Shown: positions 50,966 through 64,000 of the stretch, one piece after another
How the letters are laid out: each line of letters begins with the position of its first letter
Position numbering within the stretch: position 1 is the first letter of the stretch
Origin: Bigelowiella natans CCMP2755
Taxonomy: Eukaryota > Protista > Cercozoa
Reading direction: 5' to 3'
Assembly: GCA_000320545.1 (NCBI GenBank)
Contig: ADNK01001859.1
Span: forward strand, 43,053 to 107,052
Length of the DNA stretch: 64,000 nucleotides
Notes under the pieces: generated by a model
Seen by the model: only the letters and a program-made list of their open reading frames with translations
Databases searched by the model: none
What the model was told of the DNA's origin: nothing
Translations under genes and position numbers: made by a program

Positions 50966-53900
50966 TTCATCTTGTTTTATAGTTTCTATCCTTTAAGTTG
51001 TAATTTAAATTTATAGAGTCTTTGATTTTCGTGATTTCCATGTTTTTCTTCCGAATAGATTCTTGATACCCTTAATTATATTTTTCTTTTTCTTTCGAGG
51101 CTTCAAGTGGGACAGTGAGAAAGATACAAATAGAGACACACACTCAATTTACAATTTGATTTTGAGGAGGGGGGGGAATAGGCAGATAGAATGCATAAAA
51201 AATGCAGTAACAGGAAAGGTTTTGAGCACCTTGGTTCCTGGAATCTTCCCTCTTCTACTTCCAGATTTTGAAGACATTTGTTCTTGTTTAATTTCCTCAT
51301 CTTTTGCGACACCGCAGTGCTATTATTCACACAGCATTATTGCGATTTAGCTACGCAATACTACAGAAGGTGGCGATGCTATTACTTTCTGGCCCTCTAT
51401 CCTCCTGACAAGTTCCACGGCTTGATCGACGGTCAATTCTCCTATCATCATTGACAAATTGACAAAAGTGTTATTCAAAGGGCATGCTGTTGAGCTTGTT
51501 GAGCTTGATATCCGAGTTCATGCGAACCTGCTTTGACACGGACCATAATGCTCATAGATTCATGGCTTGTCATCATCAGCTCATTAGCCTGATAAATATT
51601 TCAGAAAGAATTTGTTGCTCCTTTTTCTCGGATCGATGCAGTTACACGAAGTGAGCAAAAACGCAATCATGGAGTCTGAAACGAGATTTAACACAATGTG
51701 GTTTTCACTTACTCTTTCACCTTAAAATCTGCTTTCTGATTCTTGGGAGCGACATAAGGTCGTTGCTGTTGTTGTTGCTGCTGCTGCTGTGAAGGCGATT
51801 TAAGTGACTTAATCGTATTTTCTCGCATGTTAGGTACTGTCATATTCCGCCTCCTTCTTGGCACATTGGGCTTTGAACGATCAGAGTGCTGGGCCAGTAG
51901 TTTCTGTGCACATGATGAGGCCATCGACAATAAGCTCGTCATCAGAATCAATCAAGCGAAGTGACGCCATAACTTAAGATGTTATGTCACGTATGTGTCT
52001 TGTTATTCCCATACGTACATGCTTACCTTTCTTCTCGGTGGTAGTGGAGGAGCTGGCAATTTGCGAGGCAGAGAGCTACTCTTTTGTTGACGAGGCGGCA
52101 CATTCGGGATCTCATGTTGTGTGGTTAAAATATCTACAAATAGGGCGATTAGTTCAATATAGTTTCATTTAATGCTTGAAATGAGCTTTTTAAGGAGATC
52201 AATCAGTAGCAACCTTTGGGGTTGTGGTTGAAGTTTTCTTTTGATTCATCTGTTACCGCCTGTGGTTGTTGGGCAGGCGACACAAGATCTTTCCCATCTT
52301 TGTCACCTGCACCAATCTTGGACTTGCTATCAATTTCGACGTCATTATGCTTCTTATCTTCCTGTGCATCTTTCCCCTTTCCCTTCTTTTCAATATTCTT
52401 GTTGTCGTATTCTACAGCCTTCTCATTGTTCTCCGTGACAGCAAGAGACATCATTGCGATCGAATCTGCAAGCTCACCGCAATCTCTATCTTCCTCATCA
52501 ACACAAGCTTCCTTTTCCCCCTCATCCGCTTTATTCACCTCCTGCTGCTGCGACGTTGGTTTCTTTGCATCTAGACTAAGCTTCTCCACTTGCACAACCA
52601 AATCTTTTGAAATAGCATCGATTCCAATATTTGAGGAGTTCTCGGAGACGACCGTAGAAAGGCCTCCTTCTTCTGCTGTGTTGTCGTCGTGCTGAAAGTG
52701 CCCATCCTTACCGAAATCAACTGACCTCATAAGTACGTCCGGAAGGTGCCCCTCGGGCTTGATGATGAAGTTCCGGTCATCAGAGTTGGCTGAACAAACA
52801 TGATAACAACAAAACAAATTTAAAATGCTTGAGGTTTTCTTCCTCATGACGACGACACTATGGCGATATGCGTGACCCTCCTCCCCTTCTTGCTTCGTTT
52901 CTTCAATCTCTAATTGTTTTCCCTTCTATCTCTCACGATAGATTTAGAGTAGTCACAAATAGAGTAATGTATTACCTGACGTAGTCTCATCATCATCTGA
53001 ATGAATGGCAATGAGGCGGTCATCTAGGCTCATCATGTTTCTGATATCGTCGATAGCATTTTCTGTGGCCAATTTCTGTATGTTATTCCATTCATCCCGT
53101 TCGCCCATGTTGCTTATCATTGGTAATTTTGACCCAGATCCTTCTTCCTGGCTATTGGAAAAATCGATCACGTCAACGTTCGCCCCAAAGACATCATCAG
53201 TATTCTCGGGAAACCGGGGCGGCTTCCAGTCCTTATCCAGATCAAAAGTCGTCATGTTTTCATCTTGGCCAAAGGCAATCAAATTATTTTTCGCATCGTT
53301 AGTGAAAGTCACGGCGATGGTACTGTTGCTTACAAACATTGTCGTGTCATTGCCGTCATTACTGACAAATTCCTTAGTAGGAGTATTAGTATGACCACTA
53401 CTAGCGAAGTTTGCTTCGGTAGCAGCCATCAAGGGATAAGAGCCAGTATACTCTTTACGCTCACCGCTTTCCGTGTTTTCAACATAAATCTCGAACGACT
53501 AAAGGGAAGCAAATCATAGTAGTTTGATCAGGTCAGATGCAGCATTAATTATACTCCTCATCAAATCAATTACGAACCTTTGGGTTTTTGGAAAGTGTAA
53601 GAGTAGGCGAAAGTAGGTGGTGCTGAACAACGCGATAGAAGTATGGGTAAAAGTCATCACTCAGCTGAAAATTACAACGTACTCATGAGAACGTGATGAT
53701 ATTATACCGGTTTGGTCCTGAACAACTTGGGCGATTGTTGTTGTTGTTGTTCTTCAACTTTGATTTGCACTGCTTCTGACCAGGACTTTGCCCTTTTATT
53801 CGACCTATCAGGTGACGTATCATATTTAAATGAATCTATTCTTCTAATGTGTGGAAATGAACGCAATTACCTGAAGGTAGTCCGGTCATTCACTGACAGG

Positions 53901-54926
53901 TGGCTGTCCTTAGGCTTTGCATTCTCTTTCCGGATGTGAGGTCTATGAATATCAGAAAATTGGTTGTTTGATCATGATTAAATGAATTCTAAACCGTTTC
54001 AGAGCCAACCCTTTTCTCGACTGGGCGGCGTCGGCATTCAAGCAAAACTGGTGCTGTATGATGACTTCGTTGGTACTATCTTTGAAACTTTTAATATATC
54101 CACATCTGACGGCTGTCACTTCGACATTCGATTCAATTCGAAATGACAGAAGGGACACACTCCGACTCCCACTATCAATTCGAACGCTGAAGATATCCTT
54201 ACACTCCTTTGGCACCCAAAATCCGGCGTTTCCACATAGTTTAATGATGACCCCATCTCGTGCAAGAATCAAGCCTTTGTTGTACGGGTGATGGGTATTC
54301 TTTCTGCCTCCTCGACGTTTTCTGTCCACATTCCAAGCTACGGCGATCAATTTCGTCGTCTTTGGGCTTCTTCCATACGTGATAGCCCTGTTCGCACCCT
54401 CACATGAAGAAATAGCAGGGGGGGTACGGGCCGGATCTCTGTTCACAGATGTTAGGCGTGTTGGCCCATCGTCTGGACACTTCAGGCCGCTTAATTCATC
54501 CGTTGTCATGTGATTAACCGTTAATTTGGTATTGACTGTCGCAAAGCTGTAGAATGATGGTTGCGTCTCTGCGGGTTGGAGCCCAAAATGATCATCCAAC
54601 GGTAGTAGGGAAATATCCTCCACGATAGAATTAGTTCCATTTTGTGACTTCGCCTCACTTTCTGCCTCACTGCCCGTCTCCCAGTCCACAACTTCAAATA
54701 CCAGACAACGGACCCCCGTTCCTCCCATCTTTTGAAATTGGCAGTCTCCGAGCGGGACCTCCGTGGAGAAAGGCAACTTCTGGTCGCCATCATCTCCTGC
54801 GCTTGCTGCTTGCAGATCTTCCTCTCGAAAGAAGAAACTGGCTATTACTTCATATTCCTGAACCGAACTGGTACTGCGCTTTCTCCTCGTTCCTGGTGAC
54901 CTGCTCCCTCTTCTTACGCGACTCAT
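50966..54926 (-). CDS. Multi-exon gene of unknown function (globular N-terminal part, acidic disordered middle)
   Basis: Long ORFs 53952-54926, 52953-53432 and 52203-52847 on one strand with splice-like boundaries; no family recognised; 3' end approximate. Confidence 0.5.
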
Positions 54927-54944
54927 CGTAGCTCACAGCTACTG

Positions 54945-54991
<47 letters not shown>

Positions 54992-56008
54992 AGAAAGTTT
55001 ATTCAACACATTTTCAAACAGTCCCTCTATCAGATGTAGTAAAGTGTTTTAAAAAATGCACTCCTTATCTTCACACTTTTGACAGAATGCACTTTCAACA
55101 AATTCTTCACTTCCGGAAAGAAAATAATGATGTTTTCCTTGTTATCAACACTACCTTCACATCACTTCTAGATACCGACCTTTCAAACGAACAGGATAAA
55201 AGAACGTGAAGGAAAATCTCAAGTAATGCAGCCCCCCCTCTTCGATCTGGCGCAGTTTGGAAACAGATGCCTTAAACACGTAATCCTTCGATGTCCGCAC
55301 AATGTATTTTAGATTTTTATTACGTTGTCCACTTGTAAACCGAATATTTTAAATGTCCAATAAATATCCAACGACAACATGGTTAATCGGCATCGCCCGT
55401 CTAACGAAGGATAAATAAAATCTCTATTCGAACAGCAAGGGGAAGATTAAGGCTGAAATGATTGAATACAAACGCAACAACCGAGTACAACTTGCAAGAA
55501 CGAAAGGTCAAGAGTACCTGAGCACGGAAGCGACAATGATGAATAGATGTCGCTTATAAAAAATTCACTTAACATCACTTGTGGTGTGCGTCCGACGTCC
55601 TACGAGCAATCGAACAAACGAGTGGTTCACGTACCAGAAATTTCTCAGCTTTGGAGATTATATCGAGATGATCTTGTAAACTCTCGAGAACTCTAATGGC
55701 GTCCTCTGGCACAGCAGGAACCAACTCAAATGTGTGGAGCTTCCAGCTTTGCTAGTGGGCGATATATACTCACGTTTAAGATTATCAACTAATCTTTCAA
55801 GCTTAGATTTCAATTTGGCGAAAGTTATAAAGGTATATTGAAGCTTAAAGACCGAACTCTCCTCGAGTTTTTAGCTCCCGACACGTAGTCACTAACACAG
55901 CACATTCAGCATAAGTTATTGCTGTATCTTCTTCCCTCATTTTTCTTGACACATATTAATGTTTTTGGAACAAAGGGTTAGCACAATTCGTCCCTCCTTT
56001 CAGTGTGG

Positions 56009-57458
56009 ATGTCACCATCAGAGGGACGTAGACGACGGTCGTCGGCGTTGTCGGAAATTTGGAAAAGCACTGCTTCTTCTCGCCTTCCTGTGTCTCCCGA
56101 ACTGCGACGTCGTCGATTTGGTATTTTCTCCCTGAAGCTAATGGGAGTTATCTCCATTGTATTTGCGACGATTGTGGCCGCCACCACTGTGACATCGTCG
56201 TCTCGATGGACTGGATCGGGAGCATCATTGCGCAAATTCAGCAGCCTACATCGGCTCATCATACCAGAGCACCACCGTCTTTCATCGACTCCCATCGCGG
56301 GTATTATTAGAACAACAACAGGAATGGTAGGGCTTTCGTCGAAATGCAGTCGTAGCAGCGTCAACCGTCATCGAGGCGTGGCGTCGTTATCATGCGGAGC
56401 GAAACCTGGAGGCGGAGGAGGAGGAGGTTCTGGGGGAGCAAAACGGCGCAGAGGAGGGGGGGCAAATGGTGACGGTGATCCAAATAGCAAGGCAAGAAAT
56501 CGTAGAAGATCTATGGGGGATAGCGAGGCTGCGTCACGGAATCGGCAACCATCGTCAGGGGGGGCAGATAGACGACGTCCGATGTCAGTGCTTCTCTCTC
56601 ACCCTTCTACTCGATTATGTGTATTATATGTTTGTCCGTGTGTGTGTAATTTACGCACGGCAGCATACCACCAGTAAAATATACATACATGATATAATTT
56701 TTGGTTTCAGGTGGGACGAAGAGGATGAGGATGGAGTATCATTCGGTGCGGCTCCTGGAGGCAATAGGGAACGCCGTCGCAACCGACGCAAGAGCGTTGG
56801 GGGTGGTGGGTCAAATTCTCAGCAGAGTCGAGAAGCGAGAATGGCGGGCCTTCTCGATGAATTATTTGACGATATAGAGCGTCTACAGGATTCCGAATCT
56901 CGTACGTGCGTATGCCTTGTATCCAAGTGGATGATGATGATGATGTGTGTGTGTTTGTGTGTGTGCGTGTGTGTGTTTGTGTACCACCATACGGTCATAT
57001 AATTCATCTTGAAATAAAGCAGTAGGTGACAATCAGGAATCCATTTTTTATTCTAACGAGATGAAAATCTGCGTGTAGCGATGATTTACTTAAACAATCT
57101 CCACCACACACAACATAGGGGGCTCTACTGTTAGAGTCCATCAATAATCTGATAATATACATCTACCATTCAAACAAATACGGATTGTCAGGTGGTGCTT
57201 CAACAAACAATGTAGTGGATTCAAACGACAAGCATAATTACGACAACGATGATGACGACCACGAACTCGAGGAGGAAGATCTGACGAAAGGTGGCTGCTA
57301 TTGTTTCAAATACTCGTCAAACCGACAGTAGATTTTACTTTTATGTCTTAATTAAGTAGCTTTGCTTGTGATTCCGTTGTTGTTGTTGTTGTTGTTGTTG
57401 CTGTTGTCGTTTAAGTCTCTCAAACTACTGATGATAATACTGCTGCTGCTGCTGCCGC

Positions 57459-57493
<35 letters not shown>

Positions 57494-59206
57494 CTTCTGC
57501 TACTAACGACGCTCTTCATACATGTTGCTAGTGAACCTGTCCTCTGACCAGCTCCGTGCGATTGGCGGAATCAACGGCCAGGAGTGGGCAGAGTCGTGGG
57601 AGAGGGAGAAGGCTGCTTTGGATGACCGAGGAAAAGAGGCTGTTTCAGTGATATCAGCGGTCGCAGGAACACCAGAGGCAGTAGATCGGTTGAGAGAGTT
57701 CTCCGATGTGCTGTCGGTGCCTGTTTTGGCCGCCGCATTTCCGTTTGAACTTGATGATTATCAGCTTCAGGTAGTGTTTCTTTGTTTGATGATGATTCTT
57801 GGATGTACCATGCACGCTGTGCGCAAGAGTAGTATGGACTTTTGTCACTTTTTTTTTTTACATTTTTTTTTTTAACGATGGAGGAACTGATGCGGCGCGT
57901 CTTTGCGTGTCGATCAGTAAAAGGCACATCACCATAATCCGTACCTCTTCTTTTTCTTCATCATCTTTCATTAGTCGATAAGAACGATCTTGCGAAATGA
58001 ATCCCTTGTTTTGTCCGCACCGACTGGTGCAGGGAAAACGGTGGCTGGAGAGGCTGCGGTACGTTCATCAAATCAAATACACGACAGACGCTCATCATCA
58101 TCATCATCATCATCATTATTATTACGACAAATCATGCAATCTTTTTCTTCTCGCATGAGAAAGTAGTCCATGATCGATGTTTCCTTCTCCTTCGCATATA
58201 TCTACTGTTATCGGAAAGCAGTGACGATGATAGCAGAGCCACTCACTCACTTGCAAATGGCTTTTTCCTTTAGGTTTTCGCAGCTCTCGCGCAAAATCGC
58301 AGGGCCTTTTATACAACGCCATTGAAGGTGACTTGCCAATCGAAGCCATCGATGATGAATGGGGGTGTTTTCTTACGTACTCTGAGACGAAAGATTAAGG
58401 AGGGGGGGGGGGGGGGGGGGGGGGGGATAAAGCACGAATAATTCAGAACAGAAAACGCAGTATGTATGCTATATTGAGAGGCATTGATATTTGATTTTGT
58501 ATTGACTGTTTGCGTCCTCCTATCTTCTTCTTCTTTGTGCTATGGCCGATGATGATGTCTTAGGCCTTGTCGAATCAGAAGTTCCTGGATCTATCAGAGT
58601 CCCTGGGAGCGGAACGAGTAGGCCTATCCACAGGCGATGTAAGGCATAACGTGGATGCAGAGGTGGGTGCTTTGAGCTGCTTTTAGCTGCTATTCTATTA
58701 CTCTTTGAAAAGCCTCGGAATTCCACACAATGTGATGTGTTTTTGGCTCTGCGACATTGCCATGGCCGCCAAAGACAACTGCAGTTTCCACATTGCCAAG
58801 CTGAAATTAGCTTACAAACGCATATGAATCAATCAATAAATAAATAAATATATATATATATATATATATACTGATATATTACGTAACCAGGTGGTGGTGA
58901 TGACAACGGAGGTATACCGTAATATGCTTTACTCACGAGACAATAAGAACAATCCTGGAGCGAAATCCTCCTCCAGCACTACTGCCAACTCTGCTGCTGC
59001 TGTGGAGGGGGAGGAGGCCGCCGTGTCGTCTGAAACAGAACATTCCTCCTCCTCCCCCTCATCCTCCGTTGAATCCTCAGTAGCCAGCGGAGTCGAGCCA
59101 GTAGAAGGAGGTGACAATGATGAGGAGAAGAAGAATGGAGGAAGCGATTATGATGAAGATCATGATGACGATGACGATTGTAGCGTGATAAAATGTGTAG
59201 ATATAC

Positions 59207-59255
<49 letters not shown>

Positions 59256-59375
59256 ATAGATTTCAGTGCACCTGGACTGTGACAAAATGAATACAATATA
59301 TATATATATATATATATTATATGTGTGTATATATTGATTGCTCAAGCAGTTCTAATTTCATGATTGATTATACTG

Positions 59376-59432
<57 letters not shown>

Positions 59433-59677
59433 CTCTCTTTTCTCTTCCACCCGTTCCTTCTTTTTCTAGGTGGTGAGGGGGGGGTCGTATTTGAGGACCA
59501 GGGACGGCTGGAGAGCGTGTTCGCCGTCGTGCTAGATGAGTGAGCAGTACCTTAGTGTGTAGTAGAAGAAGAAGAAAAAGTAATAGTAGTAGGAGGAGGA
59601 GATGGAGGAGAAACAGTTGTTGCTGTTGTGTGTGTATGATAATTTATCGTGATATCCAGTCGTATCTCATATCTTAC

Positions 59678-59747
<70 letters not shown>

Positions 59748-60796
59748 GCTAGTGGCAATCCGTACTGAAAAGGCTCCTCCTCCTCCTCCTCCTCCTCCTC
59801 TCCTTCTCTCCTCCGTTAATTATTGAATTCTCATCAAAGATTCCACTATATGAACGACGCTGATCGTGGCACTGTGTGGGAGGTGGGTTATGATGACAAT
59901 AATGATGATAACGAAGGATGATAGGATGGTGTTCAGTGACGACAGAAGATAGATAGTTCGTAGATAGAGAGAGAGACAAAGCAATTGTATGTGATTCCTC
60001 TCCCCCTCCCTTTCCCCCCTCTCATTTCCACCGCCATGTTGTAAAACTACCGTGTGGTGATAACACTGAGCAATATATCTTTTTCCTTCCTTCCTGCTTT
60101 TCAGGAGAGCGTCATCAATTCACCACCTTGGGTAGCAATAGCTAATGGTCAAGAATGAGTGCGAGACAACTTAATGGCAGATCAATTAGATGACGATGAT
60201 GATGATGATGATAGAATGAGGATTCTTACGTCTCTCTCAGGTGTCCCTTGTTGCTCTGAGCGCTACGATGGCAAACGCAATGGATGTGAAGCAGTGGATA
60301 TCGAAGGTAATTCTTCAGCATTATCCTCATCATATACTCATCATGCACACAAAGCTGCTCTTGTTCTTCTTCTTGTTGTTGTCCTTCTTCTTCCTAAATA
60401 CATTTAATACCGAAGGTCCACGGGCCTTGTGAGCTGGTGCTGTCCGATAATAGACCGGTACGTCACTACTTATAATCGTCTCATTGCTGTTCTAGTTTGT
60501 AGGCGAGGTTGGAGCTAGATGAAGAATCAGAGCCTACTCGAAATGAATAAGATCAATAAAACGCACTGTTTATCATTTCTTCGCCAATGCTCAATGCTCT
60601 CAAATTTTCTAGTAACTTCTTGTGAATACACCATCATTGATAAGGTCCCGCTTCGTTTCGCATATTGTGATCGATGGGGTATTTTGCCGCTGATGCAAGG
60701 CCCAAAGGTAGGTAGGTAGGTAGGTGGGTGGGGGAGGAGGAGGAGGAGGAGGAGGGAGCTCATTCGCTTAAGCAAACAAGCATACATCTATGCAAA

Positions 60797-60834
<38 letters not shown>

Positions 60835-60915
60835 GTTTGTGTTTGCATATCAATCCATCATCATCATCACAAATCTACCAACAGATACTAGCATACTCTT
60901 TGTGTGTCTCACTCA

Positions 60916-60957
<42 letters not shown>

Positions 60958-61537
60958 GGCGCTACGTGGCAAAAGCTTTTTCACCCAGAACCCCGTCGAG
61001 TCGGAACTTGCGCAGGGTCTGGCGAAACAGCACAAAAACGACAACAAATATGATGTTCCAAGCGAAAACGCACAGATTATGCATTGCTCAGAGAGCCATG
61101 CCGATGTTCATGTTGTTGTCTCTTCTGTGCGTGCTCAAACTTTGCCAACGCTCCATGCAGCAGCTTTGAAAGCGGTTGTTGCGGGGCAGATAGAACGTTC
61201 AAAATAGGAGTAGCAAGCACGACGACGATGTTCTTGCCCATCTAAAGCAGTTCTCCTGCCGTGTTGCTGCTGTTGTCCAAGGGAGATGATCTCATTGACA
61301 GTTTCTTCGATATTGCCTGATTTGACGATAGGAAACAAGCCTCGGGCGCAAGGGTTCTCGCGCGGCGAGAAGAAGCGCTCACGGGGCGAGAACAGGCTCA
61401 ACTCTGAGATCATTTCCAGGGAATCAAGGAAAAAACGGTCGGTGGGCTAGGCTGCCTGCAGTGCTATTGAAATGTGTATTATTATTATCACAGGAGTGAT
61501 ATTTGTTAGCATAGCCGCCTCCTCCTCGTCGTCGTCG

Positions 61538-61568
<31 letters not shown>

Positions 61569-61799
61569 AATGATAATAGTAATAATCGTTATAATCATCA
61601 TCACCATCATCATCATCACTAGTGAGTTCATGAAGAACGCATAATCATCATCATCATCATCACTAGTGAGTTCATGAAGAACGCAAAGGGTGACGAAGCG
61701 GGTGCTCTCCGACGATTTCGCCGTGCACAGACGCCGCCGATGGGTTTGGTAATGATTTATTTTAGGAGGTTTTTCTAGAGACCAGTAGAAGAAAGAAAG

Positions 61800-61840
<41 letters not shown>

Positions 61841-62206
61841 GAACAGTATGATTGTGCCTTCGGATGATAGATGATGATAAAAATCATGATGACGATGATG
61901 GTAATATCGTCTCAGGTTATCCGAGAGCTCCGAAAGAACAAGCTTCTCCCTGGGATCGTATTTATCTTTTCCAGAAAAGGTAGTAGTAGTAGTAGCTGTA
62001 GCAGCAGCCAGCAGCAGCAGATACATATCGTAGGTAGACGAAGGCAACAAGTCGAACGAACAGAGAAGCGAGATAATAATGATGATGATGATGATGTTGA
62101 TGATGATGATAAAACTGCCAGCTGATAGTGAATCAAATCACGTCTTTGAAGTGATGATGATGATGATAGTCATGATACTTCATATGCAGTCAATAAGGGG
62201 TTTATA

Positions 62207-62247
<41 letters not shown>

Positions 62248-62409
62248 TGCACATACACACATGCACGCCATTACAGGCTGCGAGGAGGCGGCGATGGACG
62301 TTGTTGCGCACGTAGATTCCCTCACTTCAGAGGTGCATTCATCCGCTTTAGAAGTGCTTGTCTTGTGTGATGTGCTTGAATGGAGAAAGAACGAGAGAAA
62401 GACCGAGTG

Positions 62410-62465
<56 letters not shown>

Positions 62466-63559
62466 ATTGCACACCAAGCAGCACTATACCATTCCCAGCG
62501 CGAGAAAGAGGAGATAACTCGTCGATTGGAGCTGTTCGAAGCACGCAGTCCTGGAATCGTAAACCCAGAGAGGAAGTAATTAAACAACACCCACTCTCCG
62601 GAGCAATTTCTCTACGATCCAAGAGCACGTTCCCGTCGTCATATTAGCCAACACCGATTCTTTGTGGGAGTTTGTTTTCCTGCCGGACATGTTTTGGTTG
62701 TCTCAAGCGGCAAGAATCATCAGCCTGCGCTTTTTCCCGAGCCATTAATTCACCATCATAAGGAGAGAGCGAGGGAGGGGAGAGAAGGGAGTTACAGCCA
62801 AAATAGTGAATGCTTTGTTGTTGTTGGTGGTGGCGGTGGTGGTGATGGTGGTGTGTGTGTGTGTGTGTGTGTGTGTCTGTATGTGTGTGTGTGTGCTTGA
62901 TAATAGGTGGATGGTACTGGAAGGCGTGGCAACTCATCATGCAGGTTTGTTGATACGATAATAGTAGGAGAGTAGTAATAGTAGCCTCCATTTATACTTC
63001 TATCATCATCATCATCATTATCATCATCATCAACGTGAGCACTCTTTCTTCATGTGTCGGATTCCGCCGATGGTGCTTCTGATGCGAAACATTTAGGACT
63101 CTTACCGGTGTGGAAAGCCTTTATCGAGGAGTTGTTTCAAGAGGGGTATTTTCATCATCATCGTCGTCGTCGTCGTCGTCATAATCGTCACTTAATCGTG
63201 TAGTAATTCTTCCCTTCATATCTGTATATCACAACGGCAACGACACAATGCTGATTCGAATCGAATGACGATACACGCAGCTCTGCATGTCTATCCGATG
63301 TGGTGCAGACCGATATACCCTGCATCTTTTTAGTGCTATATTTCTCCTTATCATACATAAGCGTGTCGCCCCATCATATTATCGATACCTGTCCGGGTAC
63401 TTTCCCCCCCTCCCCCCTCTTCTGCTCTCCTTCTTGTGTGCGGCGATTTTGTCGATGTAAGGCTGCTGAAGGCTGTATTTGCCACCGAGACATTAGCAGC
63501 CGGGATCAACATGCCAGCGAGGTGATATTTCATCGATTGATGCAGAAGCAGAGATTATA

Positions 63560-63599
<40 letters not shown>

Positions 63600-64000
63600 C
63601 ATGTGGAGGCAAAATCAAAACGAATGCCACCCAAAATACTACACTCCTTTTCTTCTTTCTCCATTTCTTTTTCTTTATCCTCTCCCCCTCTTCTCACTAT
63701 ATTTGTCTTCTTCCTTGACAGGACAACTGTGATATCGGCCCTCGCAAGACGACGCGGGGAGGTGTTTGCGCTCCGCGTCTATCGTCGTCATATGAATTAT
63801 GATTAGATCATAAATTATGAATTCTTCCACAGAGAGAACATCACATCTACACAAACACACCACAAACACACACACACACACACGCGCGCGCGCACACGGG
63901 GGGTGGATATGCTGACGTTTAGTGAGCTGCGACAAAATGGGCAGGACGGGGTGGTGATAAATAAAATAAATACTAGAATTTTAAAAAAATCCTTGTACAA
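56009..64000 (+). CDS. Ski2-like DExH RNA helicase, ISE2-like, probably plastid-targeted; runs off the window end
   Basis: FPFELDDYQ; APTGAGKT; YTTPLKALSNQKF; VMTTEVYRNMLY; VLDE|FHYMNDADRGTVWEE; LSATMAN; RPVPL; FIFSRKGC; HHAGLLP; FATETLAAGINMPART. N-terminal hydrophobic segment followed by an Arg/Ser-rich stretch. Confidence 0.9.
61591..61684 (+). repeat. Tandem duplication spanning a 3' splice site of the helicase gene
   Basis: ATAATC(ATC)nACTAG|TGAGTTCATGAAGAACGC occurs twice; AGs at 61621-2 and 61665-6. Confidence 0.9.

Noticed and set aside
58402-58426. 25-G run as a functional G-quadruplex
   Set aside because: One of many intronic homopolymers; the length is unreliable and there is no supporting context.
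105-64000. Most 60-200 aa ORFs in the track (poly-CV, LS, HT, S, M; antisense ORFs such as 14909-15463 and 47112-47624)
   Set aside because: Translations of intronic microsatellites or antisense shadows of real exons.

Overview
Eukaryotic nuclear DNA, gene-dense and intron-rich, with many introns filled by microsatellites. Signal-peptide-plus-transit leaders on SBPase and on an ISE2-like helicase point to a secondary-plastid alga; a chlorarachniophyte is my inference. About 14 spliced genes are visible in near-strict alternating orientation: an unknown membrane protein (+), MYCBP (-), a 17-exon ERO1-fumarate reductase-cytochrome b5 fusion (+), an unknown split gene (-), a P4H-like dioxygenase (+), a PIG3-like quinone oxidoreductase (-), a UBZ protein (+), NDOR1 (-), a multipass membrane protein (-), a zinc-finger protein (+), SBPase (-), a stand-alone FHA protein (+), an unknown protein (-) and an ISE2/Ski2-like helicase (+, truncated). 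Three signals stand out. (1) A ~1300-aa Ero1-Osm1/FRD-cyt b5 fusion with remodelled Ero1 regulatory cysteines, a candidate self-contained, O2-independent disulfide-formation enzyme. (2) A sharply bounded 1.6-kb block almost devoid of TpA except in CTAG, which looks like the product of a RIP-like T>C/A>G mutator. (3) Purine-pyrimidine alternating tracts located at convergent gene ends. Exon boundaries were traced by hand; novelty could not be checked against databases.
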